Assembly: GCF_022539665.2 (NCBI RefSeq)
Contig: NC_081331.1
Span: 9,238,001-9,302,000, forward strand
Length of the DNA: 64,000 bases
Reading direction: 5' to 3'
DNA from: Daphnia carinata
Taxonomy: Eukaryota
The position numbers and the translations under genes were made by a program. The notes beneath the pieces are model-generated. The model was given only the letters and a program-made list of their open reading frames with translations, was not told the DNA's origin and ran no database searches. Shown piece by piece: positions 1 to 12,400 of this stretch (position 1 is its first letter; the number at the start of each line of letters is the position of its first letter).

Positions 1-1782
1 TCGAGCAGAACTTTCTGGGATGCTTAAATCTGTCTGCGTTTCCAGTAGTCCGTTGGTTCTGACTAAGTCTGGTGTATGTTGGTCAAAAAGGGAGGCAGCT
101 TTGCAGCTGTTCATCATCCTCTCGCTTTCTGTGCGCAGACCTTCAAGCTCTTTACGGAGTTCGATGGTCTCGTGTTCTTTCGCAGCGGTCGTTTCACGCA
201 AATTGTTCAGGACCTTATTAGCTATCTCAAGGTCAGTCTTTACCAGGCTATTTTTCTCTAACAATCGGTGATTTTCTGTCTGTAGCCGACCTAATTTCTT
301 CTTTAAGTCTTCGTTGCTTTCGGTCAGTTTTAGCTCGCTTGATCGCCAATCAGATTTTCGTTTACGAACGGAGGCGTTCAGCCTTTCCATGTCGATTTTG
401 ATTTCTTCGTTTTGTTTGCCTAGTTGATCACAGAGCGTTTTGACTTCTGCAAGCTCATGGCGTAGTTCGTCATCCGCAAGTGTCTTCTCATGCATGATCT
501 TACTGGCTAACTCTAAATCAGATTTTAGCGAAGCTATAGTTGAGAGGTGTTCTTCAACCAAAGATCTCTCTTGATCTGCAGCTCGTTCGGCCGCTTGCTT
601 TGCATCCAGGATCTTGCGATTTTTTGAATACAAAGAATTCAGCCTTGTTTTCAAATTCTCCTTGTCATCCATCAGCTTTAACTCCGTTTCCCGCAAAGAA
701 GCAACCTGTTGTTTAAGACTTTCATTTTCCTCGCGGACGGAAGATTCTTCTTGTTGCTTACTTTTCAAATCGTATAACTCGGCCTTCACCTCATCCAGAT
801 GATATAGTTTTATGCTGAGTGTTTCGATCGCTAAATCTAGAGTTGATTTGAGCGATCGGTTATCGTCAGTGAGGCGCTTAAGTTCGGCGGTTTTTAAGTC
901 AAGATCGTTCTGGTATTCTCCTTGCAAAGCCACCAGTTTCGTCGTTAAATCTACATTCTCCTTAATTAGGTCAAATTTAACTGATTCACAATCCGATTGC
1001 CATTTCATGGCAGTCGCGCGCAAAGATAATCGATTCTCTGTTGCTCTATTATTGACAAGAGGTGAACATTTCAATGTGCTATGATCACTTTGTTGCGCAT
1101 CAGGTTGTTGGTTTCGTTGCTGGTAAATACCAACTGGCGTGCTTTGGAGAACCTCATTAGTGGTTTGCAGGTTAGAATCAAGAATTTGCGTTTCAGTTTG
1201 TTCAAATAGTGAAAGCTTACAAAGAAGGTTCTTATTTTCGCTCTCCGCGGCCTCTAAGCTTCTTTGCAGGTCACTAATCTCATTCTGAAGCTGTGTTTCG
1301 ATGAGTTGACGTTGCTGTTCCTGCTCAAATACACTAGTCCGCATTGAAGCTACTTCTTGTTTGAGTTCTTCATTTTCGTACTGCATCTCCTCCAGGCTCG
1401 TTACGATGAAACTTAATTGTTGAAATTTTTGCTGGAAATTGAAAATCTCTTTACGCATTTCTCCGTGTTCTTCTTCGAGCATTTCAACATAGTTTTCGAT
1501 TCCGTTATCGGTCGCCATGGAATGATGGAGTTTCATGTTTTCAGGATTGTTACATGAAGGAGGACAATCTGAAACAGGTTGGCTTTCTGGTTGAGAGACT
1601 ATGGATATTTCCTGGTTGTGTCCGGGTAACCCTTCTCGTTCTGGTACTTGGGTTATTGTGGTTACACATCCCGATTCGTTTTCTGGTGTGTGATCTAGGT
1701 AGCATTGGTTGATCCCGCAATACATGAAAGCATGCAACATCCAAAAAAGAAATCCGACAACTCCAGCAATTACGTCGCACAT
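1..1782 (-). CDS. Long uninterrupted ORF (>=594 aa, runs off the window edge): hydrophobic N-terminal segment followed by extended coiled coil; unknown function
   Basis: Manual translation of the minus strand from ATG at 1782 gives MCDVIAGVVGFLFWMLHAFMYCGINQCYLDHTPENESG...HNQEISIV...MATDNGIENYVEMLEEEHGEMRKE...ELEGLRTESERMMNS...LSIPESSAR, with no stop down to base 1. Composition is E/K/L/Q-rich and heptad-like. It is absent from the ORF track because it has no stop within the window. Possible 5'UTR intron at about 1804-1876. Confidence 0.8.
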   Translation of the reverse strand, partial: MCDVIAGVVGFLFWMLHAFMYCGINQCYLDHTPENESGCVTTITQVPEREGLPGHNQEISIVSQPESQPVSDCPPSCNNPENMKLHHSMATDNGIENYVEMLEEEHGEMRKEIFNFQQKFQQLSFIVTSLEEMQYENEELKQEVASMRTSVFEQEQQRQLIETQLQNEISDLQRSLEAAESENKNLLCKLSLFEQTETQILDSNLQTTNEVLQSTPVGIYQQRNQQPDAQQSDHSTLKCSPLVNNRATENRLSLRATAMKWQSDCESVKFDLIKENVDLTTKLVALQGEYQNDLDLKTAELKRLTDDNRSLKSTLDLAIETLSIKLYHLDEVKAELYDLKSKQQEESSVREENESLKQQVASLRETELKLMDDKENLKTRLNSLYSKNRKILDAKQAAERAADQERSLVEEHLSTIASLKSDLELASKIMHEKTLADDELRHELAEVKTLCDQLGKQNEEIKIDMERLNASVRKRKSDWRSSELKLTESNEDLKKKLGRLQTENHRLLEKNSLVKTDLEIANKVLNNLRETTAAKEHETIELRKELEGLRTESERMMNSCKAASLFDQHTPDLVRTNGLLETQTDLSIPESSAR

Positions 1783-2595
1783 TTTTGAATTAGTAACTGT
1801 AAACTGAAATGAATATCGATAAACAGAATAACCTAAGCGCCTGTTTATGCTTTTAGGAAAATTTTGGTAAACTCTCACCTCAACTAAGGGCTTATTTTTC
1901 GTACTTAGTTAATATTTGTACTGTTTGTAACATATCGTGATTGTTATAAAAGGATTCTCAATATTTTTACAATCATAGTTCCTTAAAATTTATACATTCA
2001 TTAAACTTAAAATTGTAAATGTCGATGTAATAATGGAAATAATTTTGTAGAGAATTTGTATACTTTTGCATAGGGATTGCACGAATAAGGATGAACATGA
2101 ATAAGGAAGGCAGGCATACTATCAGCTGCGATGCAGAATCGTGGTGAGCTCCACAGATGGCGTTGCGGCAGGTTGGCTGGGACATGCAAATGTTGAAAAA
2201 TATAATAATATGGGATTTTCACATTTTTCCCAGCGTACTACAAATAAAAAATTACGTATGGTAAAGACGTATATAAATATTTATATAAATTAAAAATTAC
2301 AATTTGAAGTTTAAATTAATCAAAATTAAATTATTAAATCAATCTTGACGATCTCTAAACTATCAACAAAATCGTAAAATTTATCGAACATTTTCCAGAT
2401 TCAGTGAGAGACAAGTATCTTTTTCTTTAATTTCGTCAAACCATGAATGAGGAGAGTGGTATGATCAATGCCAGAACACTGTGTAGAGTGTCCTAAAAGA
2501 ATTTTCATCTATAGTGTGTCATGGGAACTGGAGTGATGCTGTGAACTTCAATGTATTCTCTGTAATAGAGGCTGTGACTCATCAACAGCCGAACT

Positions 2596-4700
2596 ATGCC
2601 TACTGTGCCAAGGTAATATTACACAGCTTTGCCGTACATTATTGTGTATAAATAACATCCACTTGCTGACCATCGTTTTGTAACTCTTGAAATCCAGACA
2701 CATCTCTTTTTAATAAATATTTCCCAGTTCAGTTAAGTAACGTTTAGTACAAATACTCAATATAGGGCAGGCAGTTTGAAGAATCCAGAGGTAGCAGACA
2801 TCTTTGACCATGACAAAACTGCCAGAAGTTTTCTTTTAAGTCCTTATTAAAGAGTGGCATCACATCCACCACTATGTCAAGACTGGTAATATTCTTCTGA
2901 CTGAAATTGGAATTGGACTCTTGTCTTCAAAAGATTCCATCTGACAGAACCACTACTGGGCAGCTTATACATGTGTGTGTATAATTACCAATTGACCAGA
3001 ACTTTTGAACTGGTAATTAACATTCTTCATTATAATACAAGCATCAAGTTATTACACGTCCAATTCCTGGGACTGTAATAATTGATTTGATACATCGCAC
3101 TAAAGCTGCTGTTTGCGATCTGGACAATTTAAAGTACCGTAAAAATGAAGAAAATCTTGATGGTTGATTCTTGTGAAACGGAAAGCAATACTGGTGATGC
3201 AGAAGGTGGTCGATCGCGCATACTTCTCATCATCTTTGTAGATACGAATACTAACGAAATTTGCCTTCTTTAGGCGAAGAAGAACAAGGCGGTGACGGTA
3301 GTAAAAGTAATTTAATAACGTCCGAACAAAATACTCAATTAGCCGGCATTAGCGCTAGTTCACAAAGTAGCTCTGCGAGCAGCATTTCGCCACGCACAGC
3401 GAATCCAGAAAACAGCTCGATATATCCCATGTCAGTTCGAAATCGAACAAAGGTAAAGCGTTCGTTGCGAAAAATAATTTAAAAAAAAATCAATTTCAGT
3501 AAAATTATTCATTTTGCAAGGATTCGTTTGTTCCATGAGCTTCAATATTTGTTTTGTTTGTATGTTTTTTTTTTTATTCTGTGTGATTATTACGCAAAAA
3601 AAAGTCGTTGCACGCTAGCAACTTGTCGGTGGGAGCGACGGTCTATCACTTAGCACCAACGCAACCAACAGCCCGAATACCAATCACTTCGCTGCCATTA
3701 GAACTACGTCAATCGTTTTTAAACAGCAAAAAGAGCATATCCAAGAAAAAATGTATGAGCAAATGTCTGGCTACAAACACATGCCGAGAACACCAGAGTG
3801 CTCTTATCAAGGTATAAAAGCAGTATTTACTTTGTTTCATTTTATTTTATTTTTATTATTTGTAGTAACTATAATGCCATCTCTCCCCATTCATTTTCAT
3901 TGTCTATTTAACAGCTGGAAGATAGATATAAAGTAGAAATGGAGGGTCATAAGCAAATGTTGGACAAAGAGTACGAAACGTTATTAACATGATTCCGCAA
4001 GGAACTGGAAAAGCTTCATGTGAAACGTCAACAAGAACTTGAACGCAAGGTAGGAAATCACACAAAGCCATCTTGACGTTACCGCAATTAACTGTACATT
4101 TCTCCAACTGGAAGCTGAAGCAGAATTTATCTGACAAAAAAAGCTGACCAAAAAATCAACGCGTGACATTTGCTCGGGCGGAATAATTTTGAAATTCAGG
4201 TGCGTCGTGAATACAAGCAAACTAAAGAAAGGTGGAAGCAGGAACTCAGCAGCGACAAAAGCACAAAAAGAACGCCAACGAGATGCATCTCTACGGTATG
4301 ATTTTTTTCATTGGGGGAAAAATTAATGGAGCTCTTGTGTGCTAATCAACAATTATTGTCTCTAGGAATTACAAAGATTCCTTGAAGGCAATCGAAGCGC
4401 GTGAGGAAGAACGATTGACGAAGAGTCAGAAGGACTATTTGGAATTAGAGGTGCGCAGGTTACGGCGTGCAAAACTCTTGTCATATCATCGACCGGAACG
4501 TGAGCTGTTGTTTGAAGAGCTCAATAGGAGGCAAGCTCAATTGGAGACGGCCCACGCCATGTTGCTTCGCCACCATGGGCTGGAGTATCGGCAGCAACGT
4601 GCAGTTCACATGCTGCGTGAGGAAGAGCTTAGGCGGCAGCATTAGGCGGAATTGTCCGATCAACACGAGTACACCCAGCGTGCAGAGCGCGAATAGCTGC
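2596..4700 (+). pseudogene. Tao: TAO (Ste20-family) kinase unprocessed pseudogene with most of the kinase domain deleted
   Basis: Exon remnants read MPTVPR|AGSLKNPEVADIFDHD (2596-2813), then jump to DSCLQKIPSDR and [27 protein letters not shown] (frameshift near 3145). Later remnants: ISASSQSSSASS, EQMSGYKHM (frameshift), and ELNRRQAQLETAHAMLLRHH...RRQH*AEL...ERE* (stops at about 4643 and 4694). These match TAO kinase N-terminal, end-of-kinase and coiled-coil motifs. Short GT-AG introns are retained. Confidence 0.85.
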
Positions 4701-6473
4701 TGCCAATGCTCTCAAGCGTTGTTTGTTATTCTTTTACTGGTAGATTGATCTGTTCGATGCTAGAAACTCGCACTAACTCGGCTTTTTTCCCGAAAAGAGC
4801 TTTGGAATTTTTGACGTCCCGCAAATGAAAACCACCAGCGTTCGTAAGAGTTCTCGCTATTGGGTGAAATGATAAATGGGTTGCTACGTTTACAATTGTC
4901 AAATAAGTATGGCCGTGATATTTGAACAATTCTGCTCAGGTACAAGCATGCCACTGTGCATTACGGACGTTTTTGTTGCGATCTGTTGATCTGCGTAGAT
5001 ACGTAACTCGTTGTCAATCGGCAGTATTTGTTCCAACTAGGGTTCGCATCATAACCTTTTGCCCGTTTTTTTCGAAAGGTTTTAGATTTGATTTAAGTTG
5101 TGTCTTGTACGAAGTATCGTACAAGTATCGGGCGTCGAAAAGAAAATGTTACCATTGGATGTCCCTTTCGGCATTCGAACGGTACAAACAAAAATTATGT
5201 TTTTACAAATTTTTAATTCTATTTTGCATTAAATATTTTAAGAATACACATGTATAGGCCCTACATTTTGCTTACATCGGTTCACTTTGAATTTCTATTG
5301 TAAATTTCTGATGGCGAAAAATACATTGAACCATAGAAAATCATTCAGATTATTGTTAATTTTCACTATGACAACGCAGACCAAGCTGTATGGCCGATGC
5401 CTGCGCCTTATCTGGCACAACTGTTATAGTGACAGTTTTTCAGTTACTTTTAAAAGCTGTTCTTGAAATAAAGATTTGAAATATTCTGATGGAAGTGTAA
5501 CCCTCGATTTTGCCTTAAGAGGGGCGAAGGGTTTTGCAAAACCGGGTATTTCTGTTTTCCCCTGTTTTTTTTTCTGTGCCTGTCATGTTGAATATCGCTG
5601 ACTTAAAATTTTTGGGAGATACTTCAGTTTTGGGCGTGCAATGCAGCAATGCATGCAGTGCAACTTGATGGATGAATATATTATCGTACCTTAGCCAACA
5701 TCAGCATATTGCTAGAAGTGCCTGAAAACGTTACAGAGACAAATTAAGCAAATATCAGGTTCACATCATTTTCAAATTCGAGCAACTTGACTAGTTCTCT
5801 GTGGCATATAAAAACAAATAATGACGACTCATCTGGGATGCCTCTGGTATCGTTCATTCGAATTAATTTGTTTCTTCACAATGATGTAAGTGAACTGTAC
5901 TGTACTTACCTAACTTTTCAGTCTCTTTTTTCAGCCACTATACATTCTTCTTAAAAGTGAACTTGTAGTGGATACAGTTGTTGAACGGTTTTTGTTTCTA
6001 CGGGACGTTGCTGTTGTAACACGTTTTTCTTAAAAGTAAGTTATCTTGGTTTGCGAAAGCAACTATAGAGCATCGCAAAGTACTCTGCATTTTCTTTAGA
6101 CAACCACACGGGTTAGTTAGGTGGCATTGATCGCAATAATAAAACCAGGAATTGATAAATCGTTAGCGAAGGATCTCACGTATCTAACATATACATGCTG
6201 GATGAATGGAGAAGGTTGTGTATATTCGTTGTTATTACATTTTTGCTTTACAGACAATAGTAAAATTTATTTAACCCATACATTTCTGGTATGCTTTCCA
6301 AGTATTGATTCTGTACAACTGTAATTTGTTGCTATATGCTGTTAATCAGACACGTTATCAAAACAGTGTGGCTCTAAGCTTAGGCAAATTTTTCATTAAA
6401 CACTTATTTTCACATTCGTTGCAGTGAATCTTTAATTCGTCAATCTTCTTATAAATTTTATGTGCATTTCGTG

Positions 6474-9400
6474 TTAAACCCACACTTTGCGGCGTCGGGC
6501 TGCCGGTCGTTCCTCAGTGGAGTTGTTTTGGCGATCTGCAAAAATTTTAATATAAGTATGTGGCCATCGGCTGAAAATGGCAAAACAAAATTTTAAATAT
6601 CCATATATATAGTTTACTTCGATGGCAAAGTTTCCCATGCCAGCCTTCATGACATAGGCAGCGGTTGAGTCCGACGCAGGTTCCGTGTCGACAGGGTCGC
6701 TGACAGAGGTGCCGCTGTGATAGACGTCCTGGTGGGGTCACTTCGCAGTGGTCGCCTTTGAAACCCGGAGAACAGCGGCATTTGTTGACGCCCTTGCACC
6801 GGCCTCCGTTCAGGCACGGGATCACACACTTGGCTGTCAAACATGTATCCGTACACAGGCAACGCTACAATGATCATAACTACTCACGCCGCTCATAATA
6901 CAACCACCCATAATTTCTTGGAGTTCCCAACAGAACTTAGTTCTTTTATATCTACTGAAATTTTTTTTTCTTTTTTCTCCGCAAACAAGAGCGTACAAAC
7001 ACAATGCCCCGACAAGTAATTCAAGCCGTCAAAACTTGGCTCGATATTTTTGGCCGAACGGTAGAAAAAACCATGAAAAATTTTACGTGTTGCCAACTGA
7101 TTCACTAGTAAATTGAATGCTCATTAATTTTCATGAATTTGTGTTCATGAACAGTTTGTAAAAAAAAACTAATATTTTCGGTGGGAGAAACTTAATGCCC
7201 ATAACAAGCGAATCGGTATAGTAATATAAATAGTGGATAAAAGTAAGACGATGTAGTTAAGAGTTAGGTGCTTGGAGCCGTCTGTTCGGTCGAGGATTTA
7301 AATCTCCATTAGATGTGTAAAGCGACGGGTTGTGACATCGTCAAATCCAGTGAGGCTTCAAAAATTTATTGTTCCAACGAGGAAGTTGAACAACAAAGGA
7401 GAAGCAATTTTTTAAAAATGCGCTGGATTGCAGTACGTATCCAAAAGAAACAATAGAAAAATTTTGCTCTTAAATTTTGTTAAAATAGCTTACGTCCGGC
7501 AACACCGCAATAGCAGACTGCCTAAAAACTGCCTGTTCGGTCGTGTTGTGAATTGTGATAAGACGGTAAACTACGAGTTTAGTTTTATTTCTAAGTCGCT
7601 GTAGCAGGTAAATTATTGCTTCCGCTTATAGTTTTATTTTTGTAATTTTACTTTTAAAATCCACTTTACCGATTTACTTGTTATGCATAATTTTTCCCTA
7701 CCAAAAACACAAAACTTCAGTTTTGGAATAAGCTGTGCTGTTATACAATCAATAGAAGAAATAATTTTATAAATAAGACAAACATGAATAATAAGTTAAA
7801 GCAGTAAATCAAATGGCAACAACTAAAGTTTCAATAAAATGGTTGCATAATTTAATAAAAATAAATGGATGGAATATACATACTGAATTCACAGCGGAGG
7901 CCATAGAATCCTTTTGGACATTCACAGGTATCCTTTTGAATACATTTTCCGCCATTGAGGCATTTTTCTTTGCAGATGCCTGTTTATAAAAAGAATAAAA
8001 AGGACTTTAGTTCTGACTAGATCACAATGAAAATATTCCTATATGTTCCTGTTCTGTACTAATTTTTTGTTTTTTTTATAGAAAACTGTAAAATTTACTG
8101 TTCGTTATTTTGCATTGGAATGGCTTATCGCACAAATCTGATCACCTTGTGCTTCCGCCAGTATTCTACATCTGCCAAAAGATCACCAAAGGAATTAAGA
8201 GACAAATCTATACGAGACCGATTCCTAAGAGTGGATCATGCCGGTGAGGTGGGCGCTGACCGTATTTATGCGGGCCAAATGGCAGTTCTCGGTATTATTA
8301 CGCATATCTCGCATAGGCATTGTTGATTGTATACAAAACTTTGAAGCTAGAGAATTTTTTTAGGGAAAACGAACGTAGCAAACGTAATCCAGCATATGTG
8401 GGATCAAGAGAAGGAGCACAAGAAAAAATTCGACGAACTGCTTCCTAGATACCGCACTAGGCCCACTGTGTTGTTACCCATATGGAATGTTGCCGGATTC
8501 GTGTTAGGAGCGGGTACTTGATTTTACATCTCATTCGTTTTTCCCTTCCCGGCAAAATAAGCCTTACCCCCCTTAGGTACTGCTTTATTGGGTCCAAAAA
8601 TGGCCATGGCCTGCACGGTAGCTGTGGAAACAGTCATCACGGATCACTACAACGATCAGATCCGAGAACTCATGAACAACCCAGAGGTAAACGGAGAGTT
8701 GCTGGAAATCATTAGCAAATTTCGAGACGAAGAAATGGAGCATCACGATACAGCCATCTTGCATGAAGCCGAGAAAGCCCCGCTGTATCAGGCGGTCTCA
8801 CAAATAGTGAAAATAGGCTGCAAAGGGGCCATATGGTTATCAAACAAAATTTAATGTCGTGCTATCCTATCTTTCAAAGAGCTCGGTTCTGGCATTTTAG
8901 CGAATCAGTATGTTTTAATGTATTGTATAAACCGTCTAAATAACAAATATAGAATACATTCAAACTGACCTCCTTCGCAGTGTAGCCCTTGAAATCCAGA
9001 TGGACAGCTGCAAATTACCGGCGATGTGCAGCTTCCGCCGTTCATGCACTGTGGGTAACAAAGGGCTGTGCGACAATGTTGACCCATGTAGCCTTCCAAG
9101 CATTGGCAAATTTTCTCGTGATTGCACCACCCTCCGTTGGCACATTTTTTGTCACATTCTGGATCCGGACCTACTTTTACGCGTCATAGAACTAATTAAT
9201 TCTCATTGCCATAGAATGCTATTTTTTTTTGTTTTCTTTTTTGTTTTTGATTTTTTTTTCCCTTATTCCAGTTTAACCTTTGCTTATACAACACTATTCA
9301 ATGACATAGGCTAAGAACGACGCTCACGATGCGTTATTATTAGAATAAATTTGTCTTTTTCTAAATTAATTTTCTTGGGAGTGTAGAATGAGAAGAAAAA

Positions 9401-12400
9401 AACTATTGAGGTTTAAAAAGCAAGTGTTCTAAAAAAAAAAAAAAAAAAAAAAGGCGGATGCAAGTCAGCAAGGGATGGCCAGGTAAGGAAAGCGGGTAAA
9501 GCATGTCTCACCGTGACGCAAGCCGGTGAAGGCAAGGCGGGGACGGCTGCTGGCGGATGCAGTAGAAGAGGAAGCAGCGAGTCCGGTCTGACCGTGAGTC
9601 ACCAATAACGGATCTGGAACCGAAGACAGCAGAGGAGGCCAAGCGGATGCGGATGAGGTGGAAGCGTGCGGGGACGGGACCAGGTGGTGTTGGTGTGGGA
9701 CACCAGCGGGACGGATCGCACCCCCGCCGCCGCTGACCTGATTCACTGCGTTAGCGTATGTTTCACATTACCCGATCATTTCTAGTTTTTCTCTTCTTCA
9801 TTTATTGGTTTTTAAAAAATTAAACTACAATGCAAAGTAAGTTTTTTAAAATTCATTCTTATTCTTATTTTGGGGTTTACGAAATAGCAAAGAACCTAGT
9901 TACCAAACAAGCCAACCACATCAACTGCCCAACCCTCGTACTGCATATTATTGTTTTAAATTATAGAGGCATTACCAACCGAAATGAAAGTCAAAAAGGG
10001 AAAATGACTTAAACGGATCACTGAGACTTAATTATCTGAACTACGGTTACAGTGGCCTTCCTGACAAATAACGAAGTAAATGACAAAGTTACCGATCCAA
10101 TTAAAAACCACGAGGAAATCCGAGGCGTAAAGGGTGGAGTGATCATACAAAGCTCTATTATTTCAAGTTTAGGATATAGAAGCGGGCACTTGAAATGAAA
10201 ACCAAGTGCCAAGACAGCAATCGACGTTTGAGTTCGTTGACGGCCATACAAAAACAAGCGTGCTATGCAAAGTATTAGCGGTGGAAACTACACAATTCTC
10301 CAAAAGCAGGCCGAAGACATCGTACTATATTTTTAAGTAATAACCAAAAAACTATTTTCTGACCAGGCCAAATTTGTGGTCAAACCCTACAGTAGGCCTA
10401 AATGCCGCTTCGTGCCCTAGTTAATTGTTATTGCTCTTTCGCGTACTTGCGTTTATCATCTCAACAGCAAGTTTTTAAAGGAATTAAGAAGAAGAAAAAG
10501 ATTTAAAAAAAAATAAAAAATAAAGTATAATGACTGTTCCACTTACCGCGTTCGGCGCATTCTTTGCGAAGCCTTAAGCGTAGCGGAGTACCTGGAAGCG
10601 GTTTTCCTTTGTGGGACTCAATCAGCAAGCCGATGCTAAAGGAGGCTACACCACTCGAATTACCCGAGCAGGGTAACAGGACGCTGAACACTATCATTAA
10701 ACCGTGAAATGAAGGCATTCAACAGATAAGCGTAAAAGAGGGATAAAATCAAAATACCAAAAAGGCGTGAAACTTTCTACTGTTTCAGCGCCTCATTGAA
10801 AGCACGCGTCCGTCTACAAAAAGATGATGGCCATGTTTTTGCTGAGGGTTTCTTACCTTTGGGCTTGCGGGGAACGCGGCCTCGTATTTCAACCGAAATG
10901 GTGGGCGATTGCAAAATGTCTTCGTTGAAAGATTGTAGACGATCGAAATGATAGTAGTACTTTTTGTTCTCGCCCGACTTCCAAGTGAAATTCACATAGC
11001 CCACCTGGTTTGACACAAAGAAGGACTTCATTAACTACCTCGTACGGCAAAGAAGTAATCTTTTAATGGCAAAACATCTAGTAAAGTTTGACCAAAATGT
11101 CCACTCAAGCGCAGCTTTTTAACGCAAACTCTTTGTCGCCATTTCTCCCTAGGCTGGAAGAATGCTAGTGAAACATTTCGACACTTGCTGACGACTCCAG
11201 TTCAGCCGAAAAAATCGACAAAATAGCGCTACATTCTGATGACCAAAATTGGCTTTTGGGTATTTATTGTTTAGTGTCAGAAGCTGGCTGCTGACGCGAT
11301 AAAAGAAATCGCCATTAAAGAAACGAAGAGCGAGAGAAGCCGAGAATGGAAGACCTGCTGTGACAGTTAGTATATGGGACTCGTCATTCCAAAAGAGGCG
11401 AGAAGATGAGACAAATGGATGGCTGGTCGTGCCAGCCATCAAGACAAAGGGCTGCAACCAAATTGTTGGTAGTGAACGAAACGTTCGGCATGCACGATCG
11501 CGGCAGTGGTTCGTCTACTCCCGTCGTCATCGCCTTTTTGTTTCAAGAAGGTCATCGTTTTGGTTGTCCATTAGTCCGACTAAAGTCAGTCAGATTCTTT
11601 TATTTTTCCTTCTCTCGTCGGCTGTCGTTAGATAGCTTGATGAATAGCGTGACCGTCATTCGAAGCAGTCCGACTTCCCTGATTTCTTTTCTCTGTGTAT
11701 CCTTACATGCACATTTTTAGTCTGAATTCTTACGTGAAATGTTGTTGCTTTTGTTTCTGTTTTTTTCTCGAAAATGGTCAAAAGCTATCCGTCCTCCCTT
11801 GCGCAAGCGAGTTAGTCTGATTCGAGCGTAACAGATAAATAAAACAGGCGCCGGCCACTTGCCGTCCGCACGTACCAAGATAAAAGAGCTCTACGCATAC
11901 ATAAAAAAACCCATTCGAGCAATAAAGCAGCAACTATCTGGCAATTCGAGGGAGACTGTTAATCACTCGTACCAAAAATTCGAACGATAGGCGATAAATG
12001 ACTGTCTATTGATTGTTTTCTGCTAACTAGCGAACAAGTAGCCGACGAAAAATTATGTAAGCTATAGCTTGAAACTTACCTCCGATGGGATTATGGGCAG
12101 ATATTTCTCGAAGTTGGGATCCAAAATGTACGACAAGACTCGGCCATCTGCAGCTATGTATATCTCCATGGGAAAACCTGGGTGATTCAATATAAAATAA
12201 TCCTTGTTATTAGGCTACAATTGCTTCTTTGTACGATATACATGAACTTTAAAAAAAATAGTAGTCATATTATCATAGTAACATACGCCATGTGTCATCA
12301 AAATCTATCGTTTAACGATTTTTGAAAGTCGGTGGGACTCTTGGCCATATTCCAAGGCCGCTATAAATTAGGTGACCTTGAAAGAACTTAATCGGTAGGT

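Noticed and set aside
20..1084. Short plus-strand ORFs at the window start
   Set aside because: Antisense shadows (Ser/Phe/Leu-rich) of the long minus-strand coiled-coil ORF.
4700..6400. Additional gene between the Tao pseudogene and the shf 3' end
   Set aside because: Only short ORFs with no recognisable motif or consistent exon chain.
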